Source: a bacterium
Lineage (GTDB): Bacteria; Desulfobacterota; JADFVX01
Assembly (NCBI GenBank): GCA_032250935.1
Contig: JAVVFD010000002.1
Location: 1-58,505 of the forward strand
Length of the DNA: 58,505 nucleotides
Direction of reading: 5' to 3'
Position numbers and translations under genes: made by a program. Positions 56,863 through 58,505 of this stretch are shown here, one piece after another. How positions within the stretch are numbered: the stretch's first letter is position 1; each line of letters begins with the position of its first letter. Under the pieces are notes generated by a model. That model saw only the letters and a list, made by a program, of their open reading frames with translations, was not told where the DNA came from and searched no databases.

Positions 56863-57684
56863 ATGGTGATGAATAGTGAGTTTATATGTCTTTTAATGGC
56901 GGGAATAGCCTATTGGGGCGCCATAATCTTGTCATTTCGGGAGGCATCAAGGCGCATAGCCCTCTACTTTATTATGCCTGCTGCACTGATAGTGCATCTT
57001 GCCTCGGCCATCATCCGTTGGGTAGCAATCGGTCATCCTCCAGTATTCGGCACCTATGAAGCGACACTTGCCGCTTCGTGGTTCATGCCCCTGACGGCGC
57101 TTCTGGCCGTCAAAAGGCATCGACAAATAGAACTCATTATCCCATGGACTGCGCTCTTTGCTCTTTTGCATCTGGCCTATGGCTTCACCTTCAATACGGC
57201 CCGTATCCCAATTACCATATCAGAGCAGAGCATATGGGTTGATCTCCATGCTATGGCGGCATGGCTTGCCTACGGGGAGCTTTTCATATCCTTTTTGCTT
57301 TCCCTGATGTTGCTTATGAAGACTGGCGGGGCGACGATCTTGAAAGGTCTGCCGTCAGAAGAGCTGATGGATGAACTGATCTTCAAATACCTTGTTCTGG
57401 GCTTTATCTTCCATACCCTCATGTTTGCCCTCGGTTCATATTATTCTTCCACCCTCTTCGGCAAGTGGTGGACATGGGACCCTGTAGATACGCTCTTCAT
57501 GATCTCATGGATAATATTCGGCCTCATTGTACATATGCGCCTCTTCTACGGCTGGAAGAATGAGCGGATGGCAAAGCTTGTTATTATCGGCATGATAACG
57601 ATCTTCATAGGTTACTGGTCCCTCGTCTATATCCCCTGGGCTACATATCACATATTTGATATCGGCCTCAAGATGCACGGGTAA
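56863..57684 (+). CDS. ccsA: cytochrome c assembly protein CcsA/ResC, copy 2 (divergent WWD motif)
   Basis: Polytopic membrane protein. Its WWD region reads LFGKWWTWDPVDTLFMISW, followed by VHMRL. 273 aa. Confidence 0.85.
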   Translation: MVMNSEFICLLMAGIAYWGAIILSFREASRRIALYFIMPAALIVHLASAIIRWVAIGHPPVFGTYEATLAASWFMPLTALLAVKRHRQIELIIPWTALFALLHLAYGFTFNTARIPITISEQSIWVDLHAMAAWLAYGELFISFLLSLMLLMKTGGATILKGLPSEELMDELIFKYLVLGFIFHTLMFALGSYYSSTLFGKWWTWDPVDTLFMISWIIFGLIVHMRLFYGWKNERMAKLVIIGMITIFIGYWSLVYIPWATYHIFDIGLKMHG

Positions 57685-57693
57685 AAAAACAAC

Positions 57694-57851
57694 CACACAA
57701 AGCCACGGAGCCACAAAGAAAGGCGAGATAAATTAAAAGATAATTATGCATAGTGCTCTTGCTGAGTATAAAGGCTTTGATTCAGAATTTCCGGGAATAG
57801 TTCATATGGAGATAGAAAGTAAAAAACTTTGTGCCTTTGTGTCTTTGTGTG
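57694..57851. repeat. 25-bp imperfect inverted repeats made of (NCACAAAG)x3 flanking a 108-bp AT-rich core (REP/MITE-like)
   Basis: The left arm is CACACAAAGCCACGGAGCCACAAAG (57694-57718). The right arm is CTTTGTGCCTTTGTGTCTTTGTGTG (57827-57851). They match at 21 of 25 positions as reverse complements. Confidence 0.6.
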
Positions 57852-57893
57852 AGAAAAAAAACTTAAGGAAGGGAGTTTCCGGGAATTTTAATG

Positions 57894-57909
57894 TGGCATA
57901 GATATTGAT
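57894..57909 (+). promoter_or_regulatory. sigma-54-like -24/-12 element upstream of the last ORF
   Basis: TGGCAT-AGATA-TTGAT has correct spacing, but the -12 element reads GA instead of GC. The 11-mer TTTCCGGGAAT occurs twice upstream, at 57788-57798 and 57876-57886. Confidence 0.25.
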
Positions 57910-57981
57910 AGATAAATAAGCTATATGCTACTATGTTCAACTTTTATAAAAAAGATTTAACCCTTAAACGGAGGAAGATAG

Positions 57982-58386
57982 ATGGGCGTTTTTGTAATGA
58001 TGAATAACTATTTCCATGACGTGGCGACGGCTATGTTGCTTGTAGCCTCTATACTAATGATGTATATGATTAGGGAGGTGGAAAGACATGCAAATATTGA
58101 GACAAAGAGATTCTTTGTCGACGTCTACCCCAAAATGTCCCACATAATAGGCGGAACGATCGTCTTTATCTTTATGGCCGGCATAGTGAGGACCTTTACC
58201 TATGAGGAGTTTGAGTGGGCCAATGCAGTGGGGAATGAACAGGTGCCGGCAATAATAGTCAAGCATGTGCTTGTCGTTGTTTTCCTCATTGTAGGTCTGC
58301 GCGGCTGGTTCCGGGTGCATAAAAGGGTGAAAGAGATGAAGGAAGAGATTATTCAGGTCAGGATAGATGAAGCCAATAAATCCTAA
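57982..58386 (+). CDS. small polytopic membrane protein of unknown function
   Basis: 134 aa with three or four hydrophobic helices, several His residues at helix ends (NNYFHD, MSHIIGG, VKHVLVV) and a GGAGGA RBS upstream. Confidence 0.55.
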   Translation: MGVFVMMNNYFHDVATAMLLVASILMMYMIREVERHANIETKRFFVDVYPKMSHIIGGTIVFIFMAGIVRTFTYEEFEWANAVGNEQVPAIIVKHVLVVVFLIVGLRGWFRVHKRVKEMKEEIIQVRIDEANKS

Positions 58387-58505
58387 AAAATAAGCTTTAT
58401 CTTCGGTATCTATCTTCTCAAAATAATTCTCATTAAAGTTATACTTATTAACTTTTGGGTTTAATTCACCACCATTTTTTAGTATTATATCTTTATAGTG
58501 TCTTT

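Noticed and set aside
57694-57851. The octamer repeats as a possible CRISPR array.
   Set aside because: The units are 8 bp and directly abutting, with no spacers, and the two blocks are inverted relative to each other. No cas genes are present.
1-58505. A search by eye for tRNA, rRNA, tmRNA, riboswitch, integrase or transposase, toxin-antitoxin or defence-system genes.
   Set aside because: None was recognised. The intergenic regions are either short or occupied by REP-like hairpins and AT-rich promoter DNA. A covariance-model scan (tRNAscan-SE or Infernal) would be needed to exclude small ncRNAs.

Overview
This is a 58.5-kb bacterial chromosomal window of Gram-negative type. My taxonomic guess is an anaerobic Desulfobacterota- or Nitrospirota-like lineage; that is only a guess. 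I found no rRNA, tRNA, CRISPR array, transposase or integrase. All calls come from reading the sequence and the ORF-track translations by hand, with no searches run.

Positions 1-34,200 are mostly ordinary housekeeping genes:
- a ubiK-like gene, ubiB and ubiE
- a DMT transporter, a CDA-fold deaminase, a DEAD-box helicase and a macro-domain protein
- a methyltransferase bracketed by REP-like repeats
- bpt, an MBL hydrolase, an alpha/beta hydrolase, miaB, a bifunctional nuclease and VanZ
- two orphan response regulators and a PHP phosphoesterase
- a sulfate-activation operon (cysD, a cysN-cysC fusion, and an ATP-sulfurylase-like/APS-kinase fusion)
- tsaD, DUF2062, and rsmA, which has no canonical start codon
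- a two-component block containing a histidine-kinase remnant
- a small c554-like cytochrome, gltX, and a permease-less regulatory PTS cluster (hpf-ptsN-hprK-EIIA(Man)-ptsH-ptsI)

Positions about 34,400-57,700 are the accessory and most interesting part. A tightly packed operon runs from 34614 to 49826 and ends in a strong intrinsic terminator. It encodes:
- a secreted NHL beta-propeller protein carrying six FN3-like tandem repeats
- a tetrahaem 'paired CXXCH' cytochrome
- a 2393-aa modular cytochrome with 46 CxxCH plus 14 non-canonical (Cx3CH, Cx4CH, Cx8CH) motifs by hand count
- a 1351-aa chimeric cytochrome, with a roughly 450-aa non-haem beta-rich N-terminal region followed by 14 CxxCH and 1 Cx4CH

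Immediately downstream (50042-57684) is a duplicated System II cytochrome c maturation locus. It has three ResB/CcsB-like genes, two CcsA genes, two small paralogous membrane-anchored proteins and a periplasmic ankyrin-repeat protein. I interpret the whole locus as a candidate extracellular or periplasmic electron-conduit system with its own specialised haem-attachment machinery.
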